The notes under the pieces were generated by a model that saw only the letters and a program-made list of their open reading frames with translations, ran no database searches and was not told where the DNA came from. Below, piece after piece: positions 1 through 12,700 of a DNA stretch of 64,000 bases. The DNA lies in assembly GCA_964016885.1 (NCBI GenBank), contig OZ024756.1, positions 5,456,001-5,520,000 on the forward strand, in the 5' to 3' direction. Made by a program: the position numbers and the translations under genes. The DNA is from Eledone cirrhosa. Its lineage: Eukaryota. Positions within the stretch are counted from its first letter, which is position 1. Each line of letters begins with the position of its first letter.

Positions 1-419
1 ATTCTATATTTATAGATTCTCCATTAGTTCTTGTATATCGTGCCCCCACTTTCTAAAAGAGAACATTATGGGCTTCTCCTATCTATACATTATTTGCTTT
101 ACTTAGTAAGTCGGTTCGCACTCTGATCGATGTTATCGATCTGTGAATGAATGGTACACTTGACGCTCATCATTCTTTTATTCCGGCATCTGTATTCTTT
201 GTTCGGTTATTGAGTGAACGATTTAACCTTTCGCCCTCAACTCCACATCTCATTCTACACTCAACCGCTTACAACATATTTTCTGTTGAAGCAATTGAAT
301 GTAGAAAAAGTTGAAATGGTGGTGGTGGTGGTGGTGGTGGTGGTGGTGGTGATGATGATGGTGATTGAATCGGTAACATTTTATTCATAAAGTGCTTCAA
401 CACACACACACACTCACAC

Positions 420-470
<51 letters not shown>

Positions 471-532
471 TACACACACACGACACATATATATACACAG
501 TCACACACACACACAGTTATGTATATTTATGA

Positions 533-621
533 ATATATTGGGTCGTCAAGTATGAAATTTGTAGAAATTTGTTTTTTCTCTAAATATTTCTACAAATTTC
601 ATACTTGACGAGCCAATATAT
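533..621. repeat. Short foldback (inverted repeat, ~36-bp arms) in a TA tract
   Basis: ATATATTGGGTCGTCAAGTATGAAATTTGTAGAAAT (533-568) is the reverse complement, with one mismatch, of 586-621. Confidence 0.85.
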
Positions 622-648
622 ATATATTTATATGTATATATATATTTA

Positions 649-689
<41 letters not shown>

Positions 690-1251
690 TTGTCTGTGTA
701 TAAATATACAGGCGTATATTTAACTATGCATCTATAAAGATATTTTTTGGAGAAGTTACATGCACATGTATACACATCCATAGAAATATATATAGAATCT
801 ACATGACTACACTATTATGGATACTCAAGGCCAGACATAATTAAATATAACATTTTAGAAAATTTAGTATTAAGAGTTTATATTCATATGAATCCATATC
901 TTTCATATTTATATATACACATATATAAATATTGGAATTGAAACTGTCTACCTATATTTTCTCGCAGAATACATCATAATTGGCGATAAAAATTAATAAA
1001 TATACAATATATATGTACATATATATGTATGTATATATATATATATATATATATGTACATATGTATGTATGTATATATATATATATGTATGTATGTATAT
1101 ATATATATGTATATGTACATATATATATATATGTACATATATATGTACATATATATATATATATGTACATATATATGTATATATATATATATATATGTAC
1201 ATATATATGTATGTATATATATATATATGTATGTATATATGTTTGTATATA

Positions 1252-1614
1252 TAATTGGTGTGGGATGCTTAAAACCTCCGTATGCAGTAGGCCGTTTGAG
1301 CACTCGATGCTCTTACAGAGCAGAGTATAATATCACATAAGAAATGGAGAATCAGTGGTGCGAGGCATTAAAATGTATTAGACATATTACAATCGTTTCT
1401 CTGGCGACCAGCTGGAGGCACGATTGATGCGACGATCGAACCTGACTCCGAAATCGCAAGATCCTCAGATACGTCTCGATATTTCGAAGCAGTTTTTCCA
1501 ATACCTCTTCGGCGGTATTTTGCTGTTTTAACAGCTTCCATACGTCGAGTTTCTCCATTTTACTGAGAATCCTTATATCCTCGCGTCTCAAAACTCTATT
1601 TCGAGTTAATTTGT

Positions 1615-1618
<4 letters not shown>
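1252..1618 (-). mobile_element. Non-autonomous hammerhead-bearing element, family A (other copies 24905-25175, 38720-39180)
   Basis: Shares ATATTACAATCGTTTCTCTGGCGACCAGC with the 38.9-kb copy (diverged at 25.0 kb) and the AAGCATCC(A/C)ACACCAATTA end with both. Flanked by (TA)n. Contains a hammerhead. Confidence 0.75.
1381..1475 (-). ncRNA. Type I hammerhead ribozyme with long stem II
   Basis: Minus strand reads GACGTAT-CTGAGGA-TCTTGCGATT...GGTCGCCAGA-GAA-ACGATTGT-A^ATATGTC. Stem I is 7 bp, the core is intact and the cleavage triplet is GUA. Confidence 0.85.
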
Positions 1619-1654
<36 letters not shown>

Positions 1655-1668
1655 CAACACAATATAAT

Positions 1669-1746
1669 TATTCCATTACCTAAGGTTTCGTGAAACTAGA
1701 CAATCGATCTTAACAGAAACGTCTAGCACGCTCATCAGATGAAATA
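1669..1746 (-). ncRNA. Type I hammerhead ribozyme
   Basis: Minus strand reads TATTTCAT-CTGATGA-GC-GTGCTAGAC...GTCTAGTTTCAC-GAA-ACCTTAGGT-A^ATGGAATA. Stem I is 8 bp and the triplet is GUA. Its downstream flank AACAACACAATATAATTATTCCATTAC recurs near 23241. Confidence 0.85.
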
Positions 1747-1802
1747 TTTACCTATATATATGTATATATATATTTATATATATATACATATATATATATC
1801 AT

Positions 1803-2462
1803 AGATTGAGTTAGAAACTCAAAATAGTCTTTTACAAATAAATAGCTCAAAGAAGGGAATCTTTCAGAGCCGTGTAATATAATTGGATATATGAGAGGGA
1901 GGAACACAGATATAAGTATATAAGTGTTCCAATTGCAAATGACCAAGTTAGCTAGGTTGAAAAATACTAACTTAAAACAATATGGTTTGCTTTACTCGAT
2001 TTAACGTAATGAATCAATAAAAATAACAAACCTATATCAGGCAAATAGCCTATGATACCTGGACAGATGTAAATCTGTTTCGCAAGAATTATTAAGTGAA
2101 AGCCAGAATTCCAGTGCTCTTCTGCGGGTATCCAGAAAAATTCGTACCTTTCACTTCAAAGGATCTAAGAAGACTGAACGATGCGCTGATAAAAACGCAC
2201 GTGTTACAGTGCCTAACACGTCTCATACTCATGCCGCTGAAAATAGCAGCTGGGTTTATGAGACTAAAGTTAGCTCTACATACGAAGCCGAGAATATCAC
2301 AGATTGAGTTAGAAACTCAAAATAATCTTTTACAATTAAATAGCTCAAAGAAGGGAATCTGTTCGAGCCGTGTAATATAATTGGATATATGAGAGGGATT
2401 TTGCAATTGGAACACATTTATATTTATATCTGTGTTAATCCCTCCTATATATCCAATTATAT
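1803..2462 (-). mobile_element. Non-autonomous element: 498-bp terminally redundant monomer plus inverted arm
   Basis: 1803-1899 is repeated directly at 2301-2398. 2400-2462 is an inverted copy of ~1877-1939. Contains an internal degenerate hammerhead. Confidence 0.8.
2054..2132 (-). ncRNA. Degenerate hammerhead ribozyme (U4 to A)
   Basis: Minus strand reads GATACCCG-CAGAAGA-GCA...TGC-GAA-ACAGAT(TTAC)ATCTGT-C^CAGGTATC. All three stems form and there is one core substitution. Confidence 0.7.
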
Positions 2463-2635
2463 ATCTAATATACGTAAGTAGTTGAAGGCCGAGAGAAAGG
2501 AGTACTCAATATCGAAGTATAGATTTAATATTCATTCTATTAAGGCTAAATAGTGAGTCATGTGTCTTTTGTGTTTCGTCTGTTTAAGACCGTGTTTTCA
2601 AGTACGAAACTCCAGAGTAACAAGACACATTATTA

Positions 2636-2812
2636 GGAGTATCAGTAGATACTCCCCAGCATAGAGTTATGGCCATTTAGTTCTTAGTTTAAATCTTACC
2701 GAGGATAGCTTTACCTTTCATCCGTACGGGGTAGATAAATTAAAGCACCAGTAATGCACTGGTGTCGATTTAATCGACTTTTGCCCTCCCCCAAAATTCC
2801 TGGCCTTCTGCT
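2636..2812 (+). mobile_element. tRNA-derived SINE (main family)
   Basis: Core CTTTACCTTTCATCCGTACGGGGTAGATAAATTAAAGCACCAGT, plus a tail matching the other copies. Confidence 0.8.
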
Positions 2813-3099
2813 GAATTATTTAGGCTCAATTATTATTTTGACTAAATTATATATATACAGACCGAAGCTTCATAAATACTCCCATTGCGTAAATAAATAT
2901 AAGGTCCTTGATGCCATGTAGGCCTGGTTGTGGGTGGTATACAAATAGTTTCTTTACTGGTGGGGGTGCGAGGAGTTATTGTAGTAGCAGAAATGATTAA
3001 CGCGGACCATGAGAACTTTGAAATTAAAAGTAAAGTATTGAGTACTATATCAGGATTAACCTCTTACTGTTTTTAACATAGTATCATACAGTCACATTA

Positions 3100-3345
3100 T
3101 AATTGATTCCACTTTTGGCACAAGGCCAGCAATTATCCAGTGTATTACTGGTACTTTATTTTATCGACCCCGTAAGGATGAAAGGCAAAGTTAACCGTGG
3201 CGGGATTTGAACTCAGATTGCAAAGGGCCGTAACTATATGCTGCAAAGATGGCGTCCGACCCTCTACCGACACTGCCAATCCTTTAATAATAATTGTTTC
3301 TACTTTAGGCTCAAGGCCAGCAATTACCCAGTGAATTACTGGTTA
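3100..3345 (-). mobile_element. SINE copy plus adjacent 3' fragment
   Basis: Reverse complement of the core (TTTATCGACCCCGTAAGGATGAAAGGCAAAG) and of the B box (GGATTTGAACTC). A second tail lies at 3287-3345. Confidence 0.85.
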
Positions 3346-3710
3346 TTACTGGTGAGCAATGGGTTATTAATTTATTTCTATCATGTTCTCCTTTCCTGGC
3401 ATATTTAGCCTGGAAATCTGATCAATTTGCTTGTAAGACAGCTCAGACATATACAATAGATGAAGAAATATTGTTTCTCTGCGTCTCTCTCGACTCTCTC
3501 TCTCTCGACTCTCTCTCTCCCAGTCCCTCTCGACTCTCTCCCAGTGCCTTTCTCGGCTCTCTCTCTCTCTCTCTCTCTCCCCTCCACCCCTTCTCTCTCT
3601 CTCGTTCTTTTTGTTTCTCTCACGCTCTGTTTCTCTCTCTCTTTACACACACACACATACACACACATAAATATACACACATACACACATACACACATAT
3701 ATACACACAT

Positions 3711-3745
<35 letters not shown>

Positions 3746-3817
3746 CTATCCAGGGATAACTTGAACCGTTAAGGTATATTCTCCTTGGCTATGTCAACAT
3801 TTATAAAACACACTTCA

Positions 3818-3878
3818 TATTTTATCTGATGAGTGCATACCAAAATTTTGGTACCCTTGAAATATATATAATAGAATA
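3818..3878 (+). ncRNA. Type I hammerhead ribozyme, family B
   Basis: TATTTTAT-CTGATGA-gtgcaTACCAAA..TTTGGTAccctt-GAA-ATATATAT-A^ATAGAATA. The base of stem II is weak. Homologous copies at 41804 and 58562. Confidence 0.75.
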
Positions 3879-4012
3879 AATATGGGTTTATAAATATAGT
3901 TTCCATTTATTTAATATCGTATATTATACTCCAGAAAAAGCTGTTGAATGCTCTGAATCAGTTATAAACATTTATATTTGTTGAATTACCAACAAATTGA
4001 ATATCTCTTTTG

Positions 4013-4107
<95 letters not shown>

Positions 4108-4161
4108 CGTTTCTGAATTTGTTTAGCAAGATTCTTTATCTGAAAATGTGTGTTGAAACCG

Positions 4162-4514
4162 ATATTGTTATACTTTGGGAGGGTCATGTTGCCAATAAGA
4201 AACACACGCACCAGTTGTTTTCACTTCAATTTATTATAATTTATAAATTTAGGAAACAAGATGGCGTAGGACAGAACAAAGGATAGGCACAAAAGCAAAG
4301 AAAAGAATCCCCAGTCACTGAAGAGGTCACATAATGTGTCACGAAAGAACTTGGACAATATATAAACAACCCTCTGGTTGTGGAACCAACTAACCAACCA
4401 ACCAGAAATCTATAAATTCCTAAATTTATAAATTTATTATAATAAATTGATGTGAAAGCAACTGGTGCGTGTGTTTCTTATTGGCAACATGACCCTCCCA
4501 AAGTATAACAATAT
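4162..4514 (+). mobile_element. Foldback element (~95-bp arms) with a hammerhead-like motif in the spacer
   Basis: 4162-4254 is the reverse complement of 4418-4514. TA flanks. Confidence 0.8.
4314..4356 (+). ncRNA. Probable minimal hammerhead ribozyme
   Basis: GTCA-CTGAAGA-G-GTCACA(TAA)TGTGTCAC-GAA-AGAACT-T^GGAC. The core is intact, but stems I and III are imperfect. Confidence 0.55.
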
Positions 4515-4518
4515 ATAT

Positions 4519-4633
4519 ATAATATGTTGAGAAGGTAACAAACCAGAGAGAGATATATAGTGCGTTATCAATAATACAGGGAAAAACGCACTATATATCT
4601 CTCCCTTGTGTGTTACCTTCTCAACATATTATA
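4519..4633. repeat. Foldback hairpin
   Basis: ATAATATGTTGAGAAGGTAAC...GAGAGATATATAGTGCGTT pairs with AACGCACTATATATCTCTC...GTTACCTTCTCAACATATTAT. Confidence 0.8.
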
Positions 4634-4732
4634 TTTTAAAGGGCTCAGGATCTCTTCCCCTTTGAGCACATTATTTACAGGGATTAACGACGGCCTATGC
4701 CTCCGTTAATTTATCGTGATATATATATATAT

Positions 4733-5497
4733 ATGAAGAGAGAAGAAACATTAGATATAATTAGTAATAAAGTGTATCATACCTAAACTGCTCCTAGATT
4801 CCTCGACTACGTAGTTTCGTGGCATAAATAAAAACAATACATCACAAAGATATAGAGTCCCTGCGAGGTCTGCCGCATGCATCTGTGTGTTTCTAAATAT
4901 ATTGTTAATAACTCCCTCTGGTTGAGTAATCTTTGAAGTGTGGTGACTGCTGAAAAGCTGCCATTACTCATACTTCTCGCCTCCTTCACCACCTCTTCTA
5001 CGGCTTCGATATGAATACCCCCTCCGCCTCTGTGGTATTTTCTTCGGGGTTATAAGAGGCTTAGCTCTGTTTCTCGACCGTTATATCGTGTGACTATCTC
5101 CCCCTCCGCCTTTTGGGATTCTTTCTCACGTCGTGTAGACGCGTTCTTGAGACTAGTAAAATGAGGTATCCTCTTGAAAAGTCGGCAGACATCGCAGGGA
5201 CTCTATATCTTTGTGATGTATTGTTTTTGTTTATGCCACGAAACTACGTAATCGAGGAATCTAGGAACAGTTTAGGTATGATACATTTTATTACTAATTA
5301 TATCTAAATGTTTCTTCTCTCTTCATAATGTAATTTTAACTCTGATACTGGTTCAGTCTAGTTCAACCGGATTGGTCTGTCCCAGTCATTCATTGAGCAA
5401 CATCGGTGAGGTTGGCATCCTTAACTCACGATTGGGTGTGGATGCATTCATGTATATGTGTGTGTCCGCATGTATCTGTGTGTTTCTAAATATATTA
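4733..5497 (+). mobile_element. Non-autonomous element: 134-bp inverted arm plus 593-bp terminally redundant monomer
   Basis: 4733-4866 is the reverse complement of 5192-5326. CCGCATG(C/T)ATCTGTGTGTTTCTAAATATATT occurs at 4873 and 5466. Confidence 0.8.
5169..5258 (+). ncRNA. Degenerate hammerhead ribozyme
   Basis: TCCTC-TTGAAAA (core with two changes)-long stem II-GAA-ACTACGTAAT-C^GAGGA. The inverted arm retains the perfect palindrome ACTACGTAGT. Confidence 0.6.
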
Positions 5498-5891
5498 TAT
5501 ATATATATATATATACCGGTATTTAAGTGTAGAAGAAGGAAGAGTGTACCACATTTCATTCCCAGTTCCAGTAGTTAGCCACCAGTATCTATCTGATTCC
5601 TGCAATGTTTGTCTTTTCTTTGCTTGTTGTTTTATTATTGTCCGCCGCACCGCCGCCGCCGCCGCCATAGATCGTGCTGTGCAGTCGTTCAGTAAGTATA
5701 TCGACTTTTAAACTGTAGGGTTTGTAAACTATGAATGACTAATGAGATACCGCCATCTACAGACATAGCGTGACAGATATGTACGCGAGAGACATAGTAA
5801 TGAGATACGTCGTAGATATAGCCTTTCACCTTCCATCTTGTTGAGCTGTCGATAGCTCACTGATTACTTTCTATGGATGGACCGATGGATC

Positions 5892-6430
<539 letters not shown>

Positions 6431-6782
6431 TGTGAATGTAATGTGTTTTTATGTGAATACGTGTGTGCTTGCATGTGTATAGTTTGCAAATATTTCTCCG
6501 GTACGTAAATATATACATACGCACACGCACACACATATATATGTGTGTGTGTTTATATATATATATATATACATATATATGCATATATATATACATATAT
6601 ATATACAGAGAGAGAGATGATCACCGGAGATCTGGAACAGCCATTTTGTATACAAAGTGATATTTTAATTAATTTACATTAATATTATAGCCCCCCCCCT
6701 CCTCCCAAATAGAAAAACACTTCTTAACACCAAAAGGGATCATTTGAAAGAAATTGCCACTACTCTAACACTTTGTTGTCAA

Positions 6783-9700
6783 GGTGTACATGTTTACCTT
6801 GGTGTACATGTCTACCTTGGTGTACATGTCTACCTTGGTGTACATGTCTACCTTGGTGTACATGTTTACCTTGGTGTACATGTCTACCTTGGTGTACATG
6901 TTAACCTTGGTGTACATGTTTACATTGGTGTACATGTTTACATTGGTGTACATGTTTACCTTGGTGTACATGTTTACCTTGGTGTACATGTTTACCTTGG
7001 TGTACATGTTTACCTTGGTGTATATGTTTACCTTGGTGTACATGTTTACCTTGGTGTACATGTTACCTTGGTGTACATGTTTACCTTGGTGTACATGTCT
7101 ACCTTGGTGTTTATGTCTACCTTGGTGTACATGTCTACCTTGGTGTACATGTCTACCTTGGTGTACATGTCTACCTTGGTGTACATGTTTACCTTGGTGT
7201 ACATGTCTACCTTGGTGTACATGTTTACCTTGGTGTACATGTCTACCTTGGTGTACATGTTTACCTTGGTGTACATGTCTACCTTGGTGTACATGTCTAC
7301 CTTGGTGTACATGTTTACCTTGGTGTACATGTCTACCTTGGTGTACATGTTTACCTTGGTGTACATGTTTACCTTGGTGTACATGTTTACCTTGGTGTAC
7401 ATGTCTACCTTGGTGTACATGTTTACCTTGGTGTACATGTTTACCTTGGTGTTTATGTCTACCTTGGTGTACATGTCTACCTTGGTGTACATGTTTACCT
7501 TGGTGTACATGTCTACCTTGGTGTACATGTTTACCTTGGTGTACATGTCTACCTTGGTGTACATGTTTTTACCTTGGTGTACATGTCTACCTTGGTGTAC
7601 ATGTTTACCTTGGTGTATATGTTTACCTTGGTGTATATGTTTACCTTGGTGTACATGTTTACCTTGGTGTACATGTTTACTTTGGTGTACATGTCTACCT
7701 TGGTGTACATGTTTACCTTGGTGTACATGTTTACCTTGGTGTATATGTCTACCTCGGTGTACATGTCTACCTTGGTGTACATGTTTACCTTGGTGTACAT
7801 GTCTACCTTGGTGTACATGTTTACCTTGGTGTACATGTCTACCTTGGTGTACATGTCTACCTTGGTGTACATGTTTACCTTGGTGTACATGTCTAGCTTG
7901 GTGTACATGTTTACCTTGGTGTACATGTTTACCTTGGTGTACATGTTTACCTTGGTGTACATGTCTACCTTGGTGTACATGTTTACCTTGGTGTACATGT
8001 TTACCTTGGTGTTATGTCTACCTTGGTGTACATGTCTACCTTGGTGTACATGTTTACCTTGGTGTACATGTCTACCTTGGTGTACATGTTTACCTTGGTG
8101 TACATGTCTACCTTGGTGTACATGTTTACCTTGGTGTACATGTCTACCTTGGTGTACATGTTTACCTTGGTGTACATGTCTACCTTGGTGTACATGTTTA
8201 CCTTGGTGTACATGTCTACCTTGGTGTACATGTTACCTTGGTGTACATGTCTACCTTGGTGTACATGTCTACCTTGGTGTACATGTTTACCTTGGTGTAT
8301 ATGTTTACTTTGGTGTACATGTTTACCTTGGTGTACATGTTTACCTTGGTGTACATGTTTACCTTGGTGTTTATGTCTACCTTGGTGTACATGTCTACCT
8401 TGGTGTACATGTTTACCTTGGTGTGTCATGTCTACCTTGGTGTACATGTTTACCTTGGTGTACATGTTTACCTTGGTGTACATGTCTACCTTGGTGTTTA
8501 TGTCTACCTTGGTGTACATGTCTACCTTGGTGTACATGTTTACCTTGGTGTACATGTCTACCTTGGTGTACATGTTTACCTTGGTGTACATGTCTACCTT
8601 GGTGTACATGTTTACCTTGGTGTACATGTTTACCTTGGTGTTTATCTCTACCTTGGTGTACATGTCTACCTTGGTGTACATGTTTACCTTGGTGTACATG
8701 TCTACCTTGGTGTACATGTTTACCTTGGTGTACATGTCTACCTTGGTGTACATGTCTACCTTGGTGTACATGTTTACCTTGGTGTACATGTCTACCTTGG
8801 TGTAAATGTTTACCTTGGTGTACATGTTTACCTTAGTGTTTATGTCTACCTTGGTGTACATGTCTACCTTGGTGTACATGTTTACCTTGGTGTACATGTC
8901 TACCTTGGTGTACATGTTTACCTTGGTGTAAATGTTTACCTTGGTGTACATGTCTACCTTGGTGTACATGTCTACCTTGGTGTTTATGTCTACCTTGGTG
9001 TACATGTTACCTTGGTGTACATGTTTACCTTGGTGTACATGTTACCTTGGTGTACATGTTTACCTTGGTGTACATGTCTACCTTGGTGTTTATGTCTACC
9101 TTGGTGTACATGTCTACCTTGGTGTACACGTCTACCTTGGTGTACATGTCTACCTTGGTGTACATGTTTACCTTGGTGTACATGTCTACCTTGGTGTACA
9201 TGTTTACCTTGGTGTACATGTCTACCTTGGTGTACATGTTTACCTTGGTGTACATGTCTACCTTGGTGTACATGTCTACCTTGGTGTACATGTTTACCTT
9301 GGTGTACATGTCTACCTTGGTGTACATGTTTACCTTGGTGTACAAGTTTACCTTGGTGTACATGTTTACCTTGATGTACATGTCTACCTTGGTGTACATG
9401 TTTACCTTGGTGTACATGTTTACCTTGGTGTTTATGTCTACCTTGGTGTACATGTCTACCTTGGTGTACATGTTTACCTTGGTGTACATGTCTACCTTGG
9501 TGTACATGTTTACCTTGGTGTACATGTCTACCTTGGTGTACATGTTTACCTTGGTGTACATGTCGACCTTGGTGTACATGTTTACCTTGGTGTACATGTC
9601 TACCTTGGTGTACATGTTTACCTTGGTGTACATGTCTACCTTGGTGTACATGTTTACCTCGGTGTACATGTTTACCTTGGTGTACATGTCTACCTTGGTG

Positions 9701-12700
9701 TACATGTTTACCTTGGTGTATATGTTTACTTTGGTGTACATGTTTACCTTGGTGTACATGTTTACCTTGGTTTACATGTTTACCTTGGTGTTTATGTATA
9801 CCTTGGTGTACATGTCTACCTTGGTGTACATGTTTACCTTGGTGTACATGTCTACCTTGGTGTACATGTTTAACTTGGTGTACATATTTACCTTGGTGTA
9901 CATGTCTACCTTGGTGTTTATGTCTACCTTGGTGTACATGTCTACCTTGGTGTACATGTTTACCTTGGTGTACATGTCTACCTTGGTGTACATGTCTACC
10001 TTGGTGTACATGTTTACCTTGGTGTACATGTCTACCTTGGTGTACATGTTTACCTTGGTGTACATGTCTACCTTGGTTTACATGTTTACCTTGGTGTACA
10101 TGTCTACCTTGGGGTACATGTTTACCTTGGTGTACATGTTTACCTTGGTGTTTATGTCTACCTTGGTGTACATGTCTACCTTGGTGTACATGTTTACCTT
10201 GGTGTACATGTTTACCTTGGTGTACATGTTTACCTTGGTGTACATGTCTACCTTGGTGTACATGTCTACCTTGGTGTACATGTTTACCTTGGTGTATATG
10301 TTTACTTTGGTGTACATGTTTACCTTGGTGTACATGTTTACCTTGGTGTACATGTCTACCTTGGTGTACATGTTTACCTTGGTGTATATGTTTACTTTGG
10401 TGTACATGTTTACCTTGGTGTACATGTCTACCTTGGTGTACATGTTTACCTTGGTGTATATGTTTACTTTGGTGTACATGTTACCTTGGTGTACATGTCT
10501 ACCTTGGTGTACATGTTTACCTTGGTGTACATGTCTACCTTGGTGTATATGTTTACCTTGGTGTACATGTTTACCTTGGTGTACATGTCTACCTTGGTGT
10601 ACATGTTTACCTTGGTGTACATGTTTACCTTGGTGTATATGTCTACCTCGGTGTACATGTCTACCTTGGTGTACATGTTTACCTTGGTGTACATGTCTAC
10701 CTTGGTGTACATGTTTACCTTGGTGTACATGTCAACCTTGGTGTACATGTCTACCTTGGTGTACATGTTTACCTTGGTGTACATGTCTACCTTGGTGTAC
10801 ATGTTTACCTTGGTGTACATGTTTACCTTGGTGTACATGTTTACCTTGGTGTACATGTCTACCTTGGTGTACATGTTTACCTTGGTGTACATGTTTACCT
10901 TGGTGTTTATGTCTACCTTGGTGTACATGTCTACCTTGGTGTACATGTTTACCTTGGTGTACATGTCTACCTTGGTGTACATGTTTACCTTGGTGTACAT
11001 GTCTACCTTGGTGTACATGTTTACCTTGGTGTACATGTCTACCTTGGTGTACATGTTTACCTTGGTGTACATGTCTACCTTGGTGTACATGTTTACCTTG
11101 GTGTACATGTCTACCTTGGTGTACATGTTTACCTTGGTGTACATGTCTACCTTGGTGTACATGTCTACCTTGGTGTACATGTTTACCTTGGTGTATATGT
11201 TTACTTTGGTGTACATGTTTACCTTGGTGTACATGTTTACCTTGGTGTACATGTTTACCTTGGTGTTTATGTCTACCTTGGTGTACATGTCTACCTTGGT
11301 TTACATGTTTACCTTGGTGTGTCATGTCTACCTTGGTGTACATGTTTACCTTGGTGTACATGTTTACCTTGGTGTACATGTCTACCTTGGTGTTTATGTC
11401 TACCTTGGTGTACATGTCTACCTTGGTGTACATGTTTACCTTGGTGTACATGTCTACCTTGGTGTACATGTTTACCTTGGTGTACATGTCTACCTTGGTG
11501 TACATGTTTACCTTGGTGTACATGTTTACCTTGGTGTTTATCTCTACCTTGGTGTACATGTCTACCTTGGTGTACATGTTTACCTTGGTGTACATGTCTA
11601 CCTTGGTGTACATGTTTACCTTGGTGTACATGTCTACCTTGGTGTACATGTCTACCTTGGTGTACATGTTTACCTTGGTGTACATGTTTACCTTGGTGTA
11701 AATGTTTACCTTGGTGTACATGTTTACCTTAGTGTTTATGTCTACCTTGGTGTACATGTCTACCTTGGTGTACATGTTTACCTTGGTGTACATGTCTACC
11801 TTGGTGTACATGTTTACCTCGGTGTACATGTTTACCTTGGTGTACATGTCTACCTTGGTGTACATGTTTACCTTGGTGTATATGTTTACTTTGGTGTACA
11901 TGTTTACCTTGGTGTACATGTTTACCTTGGTTTACATGTTTACCTTGGTGTTTATGTATACCTTGGTGTACATGTCTACCTTGGTGTACATGTTTACCTT
12001 GGTGTACATGTCTACCTTGGTGTACATGTTTACCTTGGTGTACATGTTTACCTTGGTGTACATGTCTACCTTGGTGTTTATGTCTACCTTGGTGTACATG
12101 TCTACCTTGGTGTACATGTTTACCTTGGTGTACATGTCTACCTTGGTGTACATGTCTACCTTGGTGTACATGTTTACCTTGGTGTACATGTCTACCTTGG
12201 TGTACATGTTTACCTTGGTGTACATGTCTACCTTGGTTTACATGTTTACCTTGGTGTACATGTCTACCTTGGGGTACATGTTTACCTTGGTGTACATGTT
12301 TACCTTGGTGTTTATGTCTACCTTGGTGTACATGTCTACCTTGGTGTACATGTTTACCTTGGTGTACATGTTTACCTTGGTGTACATGTTTACCTTGGTG
12401 TACATGTCTACCTTGGTGTACATGTCTACCTTGGTGTACATGTTTACCTTGGTGTATATGTTTACTTTGGTGTACATGTTTACCTTGGTGTACATGTTTA
12501 CCTTGGTGTACATGTCTACCTTGGTGTACATGTTTACCTTGGTGTATATGTTTACTTTGGTGTACATGTTTACCTTGGTGTACATGTCTACCTTGGTGTA
12601 CATGTTTACCTTGGTGTATATGTTTACTTTGGTGTACATGTTACCTTGGTGTACATGTCTACCTTGGTGTACATGTTTACCTTGGTGTACATGTCTACCT

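Noticed and set aside
952-1340. YI/IY-rich ORFs here and throughout the window
   Set aside because: Translations of (TA)n, (CA)n and (CT)n microsatellites.
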